A stretch of 64,000 nucleotides of DNA from Chrysomallon squamiferum. Taxonomy: Eukaryota > Animalia > Mollusca. Made by a program: the position numbers and the translations under genes. Location: the NCBI GenBank assembly GCA_012295275.1, contig CM022669.1, positions 7,564,001 through 7,628,000 of the forward strand. The letters are read 5' to 3'. Numbering within the stretch: position 1 is the first letter of the stretch; each line of letters begins with the position of its first letter. The notes beneath the pieces are model-generated. The model saw only the letters and a list, made by a program, of their open reading frames with translations, had not been told where the DNA came from and did not search any database. Shown here one piece after another: positions 15,027 through 39,065 of the stretch.

Positions 15027-16122
15027 ATGCCGAGTGGTGGAATATCACGTTTTATAGGCCCAAGGCATTATGAAATGCTCAGGAATTGGTAAAAATGATA
15101 CCTGCATTATATCGTTTGTTATTTTTTTTCTGTTTAATATATATATTAATATAAAAATAATATTTTGGTACATGAAGTATTTTATTAATTTGTTTATGCT
15201 TACACTTTGAAGGTCAAATGATTTTCGGAAGAAAATGTACTTGTGACCTGTATTGTTTGAATGTAGCGTTAATATTATTCTCGACAATAAATAGTATATT
15301 TTTTTAAAGTTTTAATAAATATTTTTGGTTTGTATGTTGTCGAATATTTAGTTAAATATTTAGTTATCTTCAAAGTATATTAGTTCTTTGTCAAAATATT
15401 TGTTACGAAAATTATGTTCCTTAGATGACACATTCATGTTTACATTTGAATTTCATAGTCAGATACTGATTAACCTGGTGTGAAACAAGATAATTCATTT
15501 GTGTGTATTAGTTACAATACTAAATAGCTGAATCTAATTGTTTAATTAATTTCTGTCATCAGTGGGAATCCATCAATAAAATATTCCTGCTTCATATATT
15601 TTACTTAAAATGTAAGGAATCCAGTAACTTGAAGTGTTTGAATACAATCATTATTTTATTATCAAACTACAAAAATGTTAAACACGTAAATATCGCTTTA
15701 TTCAATTTGTCCAATGTTCAATGTCAATGTCAGTTTCTATTAAATGTTTTGTAGTTTTTCTTTTCATTAGCTAAACTAGGGAATATTATATTCTCAAAGA
15801 CATGTTTAATATATGTTACATATTTATATATATATATTTAATTATTAATATTTAATCAGAGACTGAATGTATGAAGGAAAATAATTGCCATATAAATAAA
15901 GATACCATTTTAAAAAACAAGTTAACTTTTTTTCTTTTTTTTTTTTATATCTTGTTTTACATATTGTCCATTACTTTAAAAAATATGTATGTTTTCAGGG
16001 TTCCTTCATTAGGATTATTTGGAGCCTCGGCTGGAATTGCTGCACTGTACTTCTCAGATTGGAAGTTGATTTTGCAGTTTGTTCCAATTTACAACACTAA
16101 ATTTAAATCCAAGGAGGAATAA
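15027..16122 (+). CDS. UQCR11: Cytochrome b-c1 complex subunit 10 (QCR10/UQCR11), 61 aa, 2 coding exons
   Basis: Exons 15027-15088 and 15999-16122, joined by a phase-2 GT-AG intron, give MPSGGISRFIGPRHYEMLRNWVPSLGLFGASAGIAALYFSDWKLILQFVPIYNTKFKSKEE. This matches the UQCR11 pattern RFxGPRxxExxxNWVP...DWxLILxxVPxxNxKF. Confidence 0.95.
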
Positions 16123-16179
16123 TTATTGTCAGTGTTTAGAGGTGAATACACCCAGAGTTTCTTTAACAGTGTTTATTAC

Positions 16180-16480
16180 TTGTAGTTTACATATTATAAA
16201 TAAACTTCAAATCAAGCTATTGGAAAAAAAAAAAAGCTTGAAAAGTTAAATAATTTTAATAGAAACAATAAATTATTAATGCAACAGAAAATGATTTCCT
16301 ATTCAGCTTATATACGTTATCAAAATTTGTGATAAAATCTTCATTTTTGTAAAAGCTTTGGAAAATAATGTTAAGTTGTCACTGGTAAAATTCAGATTGT
16401 AATATTGATTCATTGAACTATTAAAACTCACAACAGTAACTTTATGAATTAAAACACACATATTGTGACATAGACCCAAA
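16180..16480 (+). repeat. Local direct duplication, copy 1 (copy 2 at ~19490-19740)
   Basis: Shared colinear blocks CAAGCTATTGG, AATGATTTCCTATTCAGCTTATATA, AATGTTAAGTTGTCACTG and ATTAAAACTCACAACAGTAACTTTATGAATTAAA. Confidence 0.85.
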
Positions 16481-17452
16481 TAAAATGAAGATGAATAGCA
16501 AACAAAAACATAACACAATGTAAAGCATCTTTATTGAATTACTATTCTGAATTATTAATGTAATGTGAATATATGGTTATCTCCGAAGTATAATTTACAC
16601 GAGTTACAAATGTTTTGAAATCACCAGTAAAATTAATTTAAAATTTTCTTATTTTTCAGATGTTTCAGTTTGTACAAGCCTGGACAAAAGCTAAATACCA
16701 TCCAAGTGCAAGAAACAAATCATGAACATATTGTGTGATTGACTAGGAAATGTGTATTAAATAAATATCATTGAAAGTTTGAAATAAAACTGTTTAGAAT
16801 AACAAAAACTTTAATCTTGGTGTTTTGTTGGGGGGGGGTAACTGTAGGGAATGATACATTTTAATACCACCTTCCCTATTTGTTATGTATATGAATAATA
16901 ATGTACTTCTTTTATGAAGGAAAATACATCGGAGAATTATTATATTTTCTTCTAAAATCTAAATTTAGTGGCATTAGACATGTGAAAACATATATACTGT
17001 ATATTTCCTTGTGGTTATTTTAATAGTTCAGGACTTAGTAAATAATAATAATGAATTAAATGATAATTTTAAAAATCAATATTTATTAAACATTTTCATT
17101 ATTTTCGTTTTGCATTTATATTTTAGAGTAAAAAGTGTAAAAAATATATAAAAATAACAAATTATTGCCCTCAGAAATTTCTGCAGTATTAACTGGTTAT
17201 TAATCAGCAAAACTAAGTTGTGTATTACTCTAACACATAACATGACAAGATAACAAAATAGTAGGATTCCTTAATTTTTAGAAAAGCAGAACATCTGAAA
17301 AATATTCGACTAACTGATACCTGTAAGGTTATTTGTAATACAATGAATTCACCTGAAAGGCTGACTAAGGAGAATTTTAAACAATTAAATGACCATCAAC
17401 ATTCTGGTTCCACGCCAAACTAGTTTTTAAATGTTTCTCATTAGAAATAATA

Positions 17453-17484
<32 letters not shown>

Positions 17485-18387
17485 CACACGTAATTTTGCT
17501 TTGCATACAATTAACATAAGTTCTTTCTTTTTTTATTGATATTCATGTTTTGGGGTGTGGTTTGTTGGGGCTTTTTAATTCTGATTTTCAAAATAATGTA
17601 TATTTATATTTCTGAAAAAAATTGAGTTAATTTTCATGCCACTCATTTTTAGTTTTTAAAAAAAAGAGATTATTTAGTGTTGAACTCATACTTTAAACTA
17701 ATATTCTTGGAAACAGTTTATGTTCATAAGAAGTATCCAGAGCTGCTGGTATTTTTCCTCTCTCCCTAATACTACAACATGTTTTATGTTGATGTTGATC
17801 ACTCGATGTGACAAATGTAACATAAAAATTTTAATGGCTTTTTTAAGCACGGATTGAAAATTAAAAATGCCAATCTTCCAACCCAAATATTTATACGTCT
17901 GTAATCTGTCTCTTGACAGGTAAATGTTGTACAAAATATACAATGACAGAAACATATAGCCAGATTGCTTACCAATCTACAGAACGTAATTTTAAAATAT
18001 TCCTCAATGCAAATTAATAAATATCAAGAATGAACTGTTATACATACACATTTATGAGAAAAAATTGTGAGGAAAGCCTGAATTACAGATTGACTAGAGT
18101 GAGAAACAAACCAGCTGGAACACAAAGCTGGTACACAAAGCTGGTTTGACCTAGTGATATACAAGTAATCTCACTAATAATAACAACTGCTACAAAATAA
18201 ATAAAATAAAAACCAACATCAAAACTGCATTTATTCTATTATTGAACTATATAAAAAGTTTTCTCTCATATTTCTTCAAAAATATTACCATAAACAAATT
18301 TTTATATTTAAATTTTTTGTTATTATTATTTTATTTTGTTTGGGAATAATCTGTAATGTGACAATGTCATTTCAAACTTAAACTTCA

Positions 18388-18606
18388 TCAAGATCTATTG
18401 CCATCATCTCTTATTGTCTGATCATCAAATTCTCTATTTCTCTGTTGTCTGTAGTACAGATATCTTGCTTCTTCTTCCAACGTCAACATGTCTTTACGAT
18501 TTCTGTAAGGTTTATAAATAAATATATAACACCCTACAGCAGTCAAAACACCCAAAGTTATTGCTGTGCTGCGTCGGAAAAATCCTGATTTCACGTTGCT
18601 AGACAT
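18388..18606 (-). CDS. 72-aa single-pass membrane microprotein of unknown family
   Basis: Intronless ATG ORF that is not low-complexity. Basic N-terminus, TM segment TAITLGVLTAVGCYIFIY, then KPYRNRK and a charged helix. AATAAA on the minus strand at ~18230-18235. Confidence 0.7.
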   Translation of the reverse strand: MSSNVKSGFFRRSTAITLGVLTAVGCYIFIYKPYRNRKDMLTLEEEARYLYYRQQRNREFDDQTIRDDGNRS

Positions 18607-18790
18607 GGGAAGTTGTTAGATATGAAATGCTGATTGAATAAAATATTCGATTGTTATCTGGTGTTCAGTTCTCCTATAGCTGATCCTAATTTGTTAAAAT
18701 TATCCAATGCATTCAAACAGAATTCAAAAATATGTTTATAACTTTGATTTATATAAATTATAATTTCAAATTTGTCCTTTTCATTTGTAT

Positions 18791-18946
18791 CTATGGCTTT
18801 GGTTTAGAAGTATCCTCCACTTCTGCTGCCTTGTCTTGTAAACTAACAAAGATGGGTTTCCAAATATACACGCCACACGCAACACCGATTACAACTGCAA
18901 CAAAAAGGTTTTTCAGGGGTATCCGTGCTCTGCTGTATTTCCTCAT
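18791..18946 (-). CDS. PIGBOS1: PIGBOS1-like mitochondrial microprotein, 51 aa (below the ORF-track cutoff)
   Basis: Hand translation: MRKYSRARIPLKNLFVAVVIGVACGVYIWKPIFVSLQDKAAEVEDTSKPKP*. It matches the recalled PIGBOS1 pattern LxxAxxxGxAxGVYIxxPxF followed by a charged tail. Confidence 0.8.
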   Translation of the reverse strand: MRKYSRARIPLKNLFVAVVIGVACGVYIWKPIFVSLQDKAAEVEDTSKPKP

Positions 18947-18985
18947 GACAAAGTTTTTTCACCTTGGTGCGCCAGGCGAAATATA

Positions 18986-19026
18986 CCGGAAGAGTTAAGA
19001 AAAAAAAATATATGAATTATTTCCGG
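18986..19026 (-). promoter_or_regulatory. ETS/GABP-type motifs upstream of the PIGBOS1-like ORF
   Basis: CCGGAAG at 18986-18992 and ATTTCCGG at 19019-19026, 40-80 nt upstream of the ATG. Confidence 0.45.
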
Positions 19027-19489
19027 TTTCCTCGTTAACCTGAAGATTTAACCAGCCGACAAAAGTTTAACTTCATTATATTACTGTAATATAATTATTC
19101 AGTTTCTTTGTTAATTAGTTATTCCTTTTTATACTCACTGGCGCATACATACAGTAATTGTCGTATCAATTTATGAACCTCTGAATAACAAATAACACCA
19201 GATAATCAGTATTAATACGGCAGTTCCACTTTGTTTAAAATTTCAAGCGAACAGTAAATCTTGCGTATGAAACTTTGCGTAAACGTTCTAATTAAAAAAA
19301 AAAACAAAAAAAAAAAAAAGAATTATCCTGGCTATAACAAAACCCTTTTATGACGTTCAGACTGACCTAGTGTTGTATTCAGTCCTGAAGATGATTTATG
19401 ACAGCAGAGTTGTGGCTGCTGCTGTTATTGTTGTGTATACAGAGTATCATACTTAATTTTATATTTAAAACAAACACATTTTTTTTAAC

Positions 19490-19740
19490 TTGTTGTTTAC
19501 ATATTACAAATAAAAATCACAGCAAGCTATTGGGGAAAAAAAGCTTGAAAAGTTTAATTAAATAATTTTAATAAAAACAAACAATGATTTCCTATTCAGC
19601 TTATATATTTTATAAAAATTTGTGATAAAAAAATTTCTTTCGTAAAGGCTTTGGAAAACAATGTTAAGTTGTCACTGAAATATTAAAACTCACAACAGTA
19701 ACTTTATGAATTAAAGCATACATACTGTGACATAGACTAA
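19490..19740 (+). repeat. Local direct duplication, copy 2
   Basis: Colinear with 16180-16480. Confidence 0.85.
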
Positions 19741-19857
19741 AATTTATTATTATTATTATTATTATTATACATTTTTATTATTATTATTCTTTTATTTATT
19801 ATAATTAATAAAAATATAATGTAAAATAAATGAAACATTGAACAGCGCCTTGATTTA

Positions 19858-21826
<1,969 letters not shown>

Positions 21827-22567
21827 CTGAAAGAGCAAATGAACGTGTCTGATGAATTAAGTTACGATTATTATATACTGTAAATAATTTTACAATGCAC
21901 CTATGTTATTATTTTACAATTTACCTGGTATGTCATTTTACAAATAACTTGTAATATTAATTTTGCATTTCACCTGTGTGTTGTTTTGTCTCAGCATTCA
22001 CAGTAACACACCAAATGACTATACATGTTTTGAATATTCCCATTTGACTCGGATCTGAAATAATACAAAATATGAAATTACTTTGCACATTGTGTTCTAA
22101 ATACAATATTACTGTCTACTCTAATAATAATAATAATGACCACAATAATATCAACTAATATCAATAATAATAATAATAATTGTTTTATTAAACACAATCT
22201 TTGGTCCTAAAAATGAAGACAAATCTAGCTATTTTCTTTGCTTACTAAGAATTTCGATCACGCGCTTTTAGTGCTAAACAGATTATACGATAAAATATTT
22301 TGTTCACAAGTCGTTATTTCTGAGTAATTACCATGTGATTATTGAATCCGTTTGTTAAAGTGGGCGGAAATTCTGCTCGAATCTTAGATCACTAAAGAGA
22401 TAAACAATGTTGTATATCCACTTTTACCTTGATCAGCTAACAGAGGAAAGGGGCTTCTGTTTGTATTTACATGTTTATCTCTGTTTCCAACTCGTGACTA
22501 TATTTATTTATAATGACAGCTCATTACAGCTGTGACGTGTTATCTCAACAGACGGCGAAGAGCGAGG

Positions 22568-22592
22568 TCAGTCGATACAATTAAAGGTAAGA
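22568..22592 (+). promoter_or_regulatory. Putative initiator and first non-coding exon donor of the membrane-protein gene
   Basis: Inr-like TCAGTC at 22568 and a strong donor AAG/GTAAGA at 22586/22587. Confidence 0.4.
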
Positions 22593-22829
22593 TAGCAATG
22601 TGATTACTTTTATTGTCATTCAGATATGTAATTAATTTATTTGACTGTGCCTTTGTGTATTACTACTAAGAATATACAGGGTAATTAGTTTAAGATTGTT
22701 ACCAAAACATTAATTTAATATAAATATAGCCTTTAATAGACAAGTCAGATAAAAACATGCTTTTGTTGTTTAATAGAAATTAATAATTATTATCAGTAAA
22801 TGTTAGAAAATATATTTAAAGGTAAGCGT

Positions 22830-22864
<35 letters not shown>

Positions 22865-23777
22865 TCTAATGACTGTCTGTTGACGTCTGCCATTTTTAAT
22901 TTTGTAATGCCACACAACCTTCTTAATTTAAACCGTTATTTTCACTTCGTATAAACAAAAAATTTCAGCTATAAAAATTATGATGTAGAGTTGGGTATTT
23001 ATCTAATTATAAAGTAAAGATACTTACCCTAAAAAGTGAATAACTCAGTCTGGAATCAAGTTAAAATATTTTCTTTCACTATGTCGTCAGTGTTCGTACA
23101 GAAAAATGGGAATTCCGTCATCGCTTGACATATCTGACCTCACGGGAACCAACGAAAAGCAGCTTACTGACGATTCTATTTATAGTGCTTCCTCACCTTT
23201 CTCAAAATATACATTACTGTGTTTACAAAGTGTATAAAAATAAACGTAAAATTAAAATATTTTAAAATCCATAATAATAACGGTTACTGTAATAATTCTG
23301 TATCAAACAATTTTTGTTTACATTAGATTTTGAAAAAAACAAACAAAAAAAAACCACATAGGAAAAACCCATCTAAATATAGATCACACATAACTCGTAA
23401 ATATTAGCTGCTACATATTTTATCATGTGAGTAATTCTAAATCTGTTCATCTTCTATAGAACAGAAAAGTGAATTAAAATCTCAGTTACTTATATATTTC
23501 GTTTTATATTTAACATTAATGTTATGGGTGGAGTATCAAATACCTTTTCCCAGAATTCGTAATATTTATTTCAGATCTGTATATAGAGAGAGAGCTTATA
23601 ATTTGTCTTCAGATCTGATTTACAAGAAATGTTTCCGGTGTCGCTTTTGCATCCAAAATATTTTCTGGACCAGACCGAAAGGTAGCGAGACTGTGGTTAA
23701 TTAAGGTGAAAACTTTGTGTTTCTAATTGAATACAGACATACAAAAAAAAAAAAGAGAAGAGAAATATCTGCTCATT

Positions 23778-33119
<9,342 letters not shown>

Positions 33120-33343
33120 TGACAATGGAATTTGTTCATGACTCTGAAAGGTATCAGACTGTCGTTTTGAAACACACTGACATTTTTTTCATGCAACCTA
33201 TAACAACAGATTAATGCTTGGAGCACACAAGTTGAATGAATGACTGTTTCATACGCATGATGTTCACAAGAAACCATCCTTATGTAATCCATCTTCCATG
33301 CATACACATTTTGTTATTACATCAGAAGTAGGGCACTGAATGT

Positions 33344-33392
<49 letters not shown>

Positions 33393-34429
33393 TTATTTCT
33401 TTTACTTTTTACAGATCAGTAATATTTTTTTTTTTTTTATAGTTACTTAGAAAATTTGTAGGCTAACTCATCTAAGAAGACTTCAGTTATTATTATTATT
33501 TTATTATTACACTTTTTTTGTGTGTGTATCAATCTTTTATGTTTTAAACCATCATTAAAACATTTTAGCTGGCAGCAGTTCATTTTGACATCAGGCCCAG
33601 AGGAGCTGTGTAATAAACAGTGTTTGAAATATCACACTGCAACCCAACAGTACTTGTTACTGAGCATAGATTATCCCAGCTAGAAATGGCTGTTTATGAG
33701 TAGAAGAAAAAAGTACTATCTTTTATTTAGGATCTTCCATGAACTGAACCATCTGACAATGAAACATGATGAAATAGTATTTGAAATGTTAGGGGTTTTT
33801 TTGTTTGTTTTTTTTAAATAATAAAGAAACTATTCATAACTGTATTACTTAATTTATTTCAGTCATAATCTTTATTTTTATATATATTATTACAAATGTA
33901 TATAAATGAAAAATATAATTTGAAAAAGGGTTACGGGTTATACCACTGTGATAGCAATCAAAATATTTAGTCAAATGTTGAATGATTCTAATTAACTGTA
34001 CGTTTCAGATACATTGATAATAATAATAGTAGTAGTAGTATCATCATCAAGACCAAGTCTTTATGAAATGGAAATGAAACATATCTCTTCTTACATTTAA
34101 CAGTCATGCAACAGTGGTTGACCAGGATAAAGACCTGTTGTTAGTTACAAAAACCATTGAGGTATTTAGAAAATAAAATAATTTTTGAAATATATTGTTT
34201 GCTATTTTGCTTTGTATTTTATGTGGGAGCCATTTAGTTCTGAAGATAAAGATGTTTTCATTTCTCTTCTTTCTTTTTTGTCTTTTTTCTTTCTTTCCTT
34301 TTTTGAAATATCCTTCATCTTTTAAAGAGTTTATGCTGTGGCATCAATATATTTCACACACATCAAAGTGAATGTTTTGTTTCAAAATAGAGACCAATGT
34401 TTCATTACATTAAAGTGTGACAATAAAAC

Positions 34430-34430
34430 A

Positions 34431-34461
<31 letters not shown>

Positions 34462-34555
34462 GTTCATTCACAGAATTAATAATAATCATAAATACAATAA
34501 ATAAGTTATTAATGACAATTTTTTATTACATTATTTCTGTTAAAAATCACATGAT
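34430..34555 (+). repeat. Local direct duplication (second copy ~38713-38905)
   Basis: Both copies read TATT(CT)n...TTCATTCACAG...ATAATAATCATAAATACAA...TTATTAATGACAATT...TTTACATTATTTC.GTTAAAA. Confidence 0.75.
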
Positions 34556-35220
34556 AGAAGAGGAAACATCTGTCTTTAAGGATCATTATGTCATTTTGTT
34601 ACAAGCAAAGCATGGTCATTAACACATGAAACAAAAACGTGTAATTTTATCATATTTAGAGTGGTTGTTTGTACTGTCACAAATACAAAACCATTTCTTC
34701 TTGTGACCAGGTGTAAAAACTTGTTGTCCACTCCAAACTTTTCCTGCAACAAACAGAAAAAGAGAGTGAATATTTATTTAACCAAGTTTTTTACGCATCA
34801 GATATGTAAGTTTTATATAACTGCTATCCATATTGGCTATGTTTTTTTTTTTTTTTTTTCCTCACCCAGAGGAAAACACAACCCACATCACAGACTATAG
34901 CTAATCCAAACTGTGCAGTGTGAAGGATTGATCTTGTGACCTGGCGTTCATTAGACAAGGTCTCTAACACTGAATTAGTCTGCTTCTAATACATCATTTA
35001 ATTTCATATTTGAAATTTTAACAAAATAAATATTATTTTTGAGAGTGTTTCAAATTGAAAATGTTTTAAGAATAATTCCAGCAAACAAAAATGTCAGACA
35101 CAGTATAGACTGTATAACTTAAATTAAACCAAGAAAAACAATCTTCATATAATCTCTTCTTTCTCCCTTTCAATCCAACTGTTCAACTTTGACTTTCATT
35201 TCTCCCTTCTGCTTCTCAAT

Positions 35221-35257
<37 letters not shown>

Positions 35258-36808
35258 ACATATTACATTAGTTTTTAATATTCTTTCCATTCTTAACCTA
35301 TTTATAAAACAATCTTTCCTCCAATGTTATTTTATTTGATATATATAATGCATAGGTCCCAAAGATGTCATGAATAAATATTTTTATTGGATCTATTTCT
35401 GAGGCATCTGTCTCATTGCTTTCAAGAAGAATCCAGAAGAAATGTAAAAAAAATAATATTGGCTTTTTTTTACATTTGACAATTCTTTATAATCATTTAA
35501 AACACCATTTAATATTTGGCAGTGACTCAAAACAATGATTTTTTTCATTACATTTGTTTTTTAAAAACTGTTTATATGCATGTTTTCTGGATGTTTTCTT
35601 CTGTTTCTGACAAAAATGTTCTATTTCAGTTTATACTTTTTTATTACACAAACATTTGTTCTCTGATTCTTGAATAAAAAGTTATACTAAATTAATTTTT
35701 ACAAGTCAAATGCCATTTAAAATACTAAAATACTCGTAAATCATTAAAAAAAAAATGATGCTCAGGAAAACCACATAGCTGGAACAGTTAGACCTCAAAT
35801 AATTTATGAGACGTTTGAAAAATAAACACTTTGTTTATAAAAATAAAAAATTGAGCAATTTTGAAAAGGTTAGAAAAATGCCATATATGTGCTTAACCTA
35901 GTTTTGGCATCGAAAGGGATATAATTTTTGTTATGTTAGTAATTGATGTTAATGACATACATATACTGAAACTGCCAGGTAAAATCTTCTCATCTTTGAG
36001 CAGATTGTGCTAGGAGGCTAAATCTAAGATAGCTGCCATTAAATCAATTTTTACAGCAGTTTCAATATATGTATGCCCTAAATAACAATTATCAATACTA
36101 AAAAAAACTTCAGACTACAAAACAAGAGTCAATGGTACTTCTGCCAGACTGCTGATCTGAAAACCTGAATTATCAAATGTGTGAAAAAAATGTTTAAAAT
36201 CTAAAGACTTTGACTGGAAGACCAATGACAGATAGTACATTTGTTAGATCTCACCATAGATTAAATAACCAAAACCATTTTTATTTAAATTACGTTTTTA
36301 AAAGTTCAGTGAAGGAGATGGGATGGCAATTATTGCTAAATTTAAAAAGTGTGGGAGAGAGCTGGGGCAGGATCTGGGAGGGTGGGTGCTGCCTCTTACA
36401 AACCAGATGACAGATTTTCATAATGGGAGTGTGGCATGGTATTTAATCCATGGTATGATCAGCCCTACGCTGACTGTATATGTGCATCAGTTTCATCCTA
36501 ATTCTGTATTTTTGTATTTATTTACTAATTTAAAATAAAGAGGATTTTTTTATGTTTATTGTGTTGTTTGTTTTTGTTTTGTCTTTATGTTTGTTGTTTT
36601 TTTGTTGTTGTTGTTTTTTGTTTCTTTCTTAAAAACTGTCTTCTGTGTGATGATTTTTTTTTTTTTTTTCATATATCAGCTTTAGTTAATCTGTTTCAAC
36701 TGCTTCAGTAACCATGATACATGAAACATCTGTCTGAATGTAAAACTGACTGAGACAGGCTTACTTCACAGCAGCTGTCTCTGACCACCACATACATTTT
36801 TCAGTCAC

Positions 36809-37884
36809 TCACACATCTTTTTTAGCTTGTCTCTTTTGTAAACATTTCTGTATTTCTTGACTGAATTTTTCTTTAGTGCTGGAACTCCAGTTTTCATTTA
36901 AATACTCAATACCAGCTATAGCTTTCAGTGTTGGTCGCAGACTGGGAAAATCTCTTTTCCTTTTAGTAAAAACAGGAATAACAAATTCCTTTTTGTTACA
37001 GTTTTCAACATGTACGACAGAAGAACTTAGAGCCACATGAGATTGAAAAACACATGTGGAATCAGAAAGAAAATTCTCATCAATCAGCAGAAGAACACAT
37101 GGAACAAATTCCAGCAGGTCATCGAGATTTTTAATTTCAGTGGCACCACTCTGAGCAATGTCCTCTGCTAACTTGATTTTACAATGTTTAGCCAAATTGT
37201 TCAAAAGTCTTCCAGCTTGCTTTCTGCTGTTTTCATTACAGAGTATAACAGCATCAGGGATTTCTTCAGCTGAATCTGGTTTATCACCTTAAAGAGTCAG
37301 AGAAACACATAAAATCATACATAGTCATTCTAAACAAATGTGCAAACATATCTGCTTAGTGCGACATAGTTCCAATGCTTTTTTTTTTTTTTTTTTTTTT
37401 TTTAATGCTTCAAAATGTTTAGCAGTATTATAAGAAACCTGCAGATATACAATTATTAGCAACAGAAAAATGGACAATGAGAACATAGACACATTTGTAT
37501 TAATACATACAGAGAAGAGAGAAAAAAGGGTGGGTATAATTTATAATTATTCTACTTACATGATGAACACTGTTTTTCAAGTGAAGATTCTGTTGTAGGA
37601 TCAAAGGTTTGACTTTCTACACTGCACATTTGGCTTTTTTTGGTAGTAAAACTGCTATCAGATTCTGCAGGCTGATCCCCGGTGGCGTAATTGCTTGTGT
37701 CTGCTGCACAGCTACCCGTGTACACTAAACAGCGATTTGTGTCATCTGCATTCCTTGTAGAATCTGCTGTTGATGAATCTACAGAAATCTCTGGATCTAC
37801 ACTAGACCCTTCACTATCAAGATTTGGTGAGCTGATCTCACCTGTCGTTGATCTGTCACGTCGTTTTGAATTGTTTAAATCCAT
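36809..37884 (-). CDS. TICAM2/TRAM-like TIR-domain protein, 267 aa, 2 coding exons
   Basis: Exon 37884-37560 (Ser/Thr/Asp-rich, donor T/GTAAGT) joins exon 37287-36809 (acceptor tttaag) in phase 1. The TIR reads DAVILCNENSRKQAGRLLNNL...EDIAQSGATEIKNLDDLLEFVPCVLLLIDENFLSDSTCVFQSHVAL...FVIPVF...LKAIAGIEY. This parallels recalled TRAM motifs FVILH, NLDDAV, ILLLTENFL, CNFQ and VIP. Confidence 0.82.
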
Positions 37885-38275
37885 TTTTGGCTACTTGTAC
37901 CTTGAACCATCTACCTTAACGACTAACGAGGTATTGAAAAAGGTAAGATGTCGTTATATTTCTGTTTCCCGTAATTTTAGTACGATATTCTGACAGCGTT
38001 TATTATTGTCATGGAAAATGCCGACTAATTTCAATACAAACAAAACATTATTGATTTATTTCCAATCGAAAAAATATATATATATATATATATATTCAAA
38101 CCGAAAGTACACCGTTGAAATTATTTCCTTGTTCCGGGTAACGTTCGCGAGCGAACGACAGAATCTGTTTTTAGTGTAATAGACCTTTCTTTCAAGTCGA
38201 CCGAGTATCCCTCGATTTTCATCTTGTTAAATTTATGCACTCTAATTTCAGAAAAAAAAAAGAAAAAAGAAGAAG

Positions 38276-38323
<48 letters not shown>

Positions 38324-38437
38324 TATTAATAATAATAATAATCATATCTGAAATTTCCTTAATTGGAGGTAGCCTCTGTGTACTTGTTCAAAAGGTACAA
38401 GTTTGCTACGTATAAGAAAACAATAACAAAATAAAAA

Positions 38438-38484
<47 letters not shown>

Positions 38485-38712
38485 TAATAAATAAATAAAT
38501 AAATAAATAAATAAAATGAAAACTACAATGTAACACAATTAGCCGATAGTCAATAACTGTGTACACCTGATACAACACAATTTCCAAATTTTATTTTCTG
38601 GAATTGAAAATTTTATATTTTCAAAAGATATTTCCAAACAAATTACACAAACTTACAATGGGAGTTCTTGCATTACAGCTAACAGAATTCTTATTTTCAG
38701 GGTTTAGGTAAT

Positions 38713-38762
<50 letters not shown>

Positions 38763-39017
38763 ATTTTTCATTCACAGTATTGATAATAATCATAAATACA
38801 ACAATAACAATAAATAAATTATTAATGACAATTATTTCATAATCAAATTATTAGAGGTTTGTTGTTTTTACATTATTTCAGTTAAAATCACATTATAATA
38901 CATGACGAAAAAAATATATATATTTTTAGAAGAAATCAGAAAATTTATATTAAGAAAACAAAACAAATAATACAAATATATAAGTAAATAAGTAAGTAAG
39001 TAAGTATTAATAATATC

Positions 39018-39065
<48 letters not shown>

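Noticed and set aside
18732-18998. 88-aa plus-strand ORF
   Set aside because: It is the antisense shadow of the PIGBOS1-like ORF.
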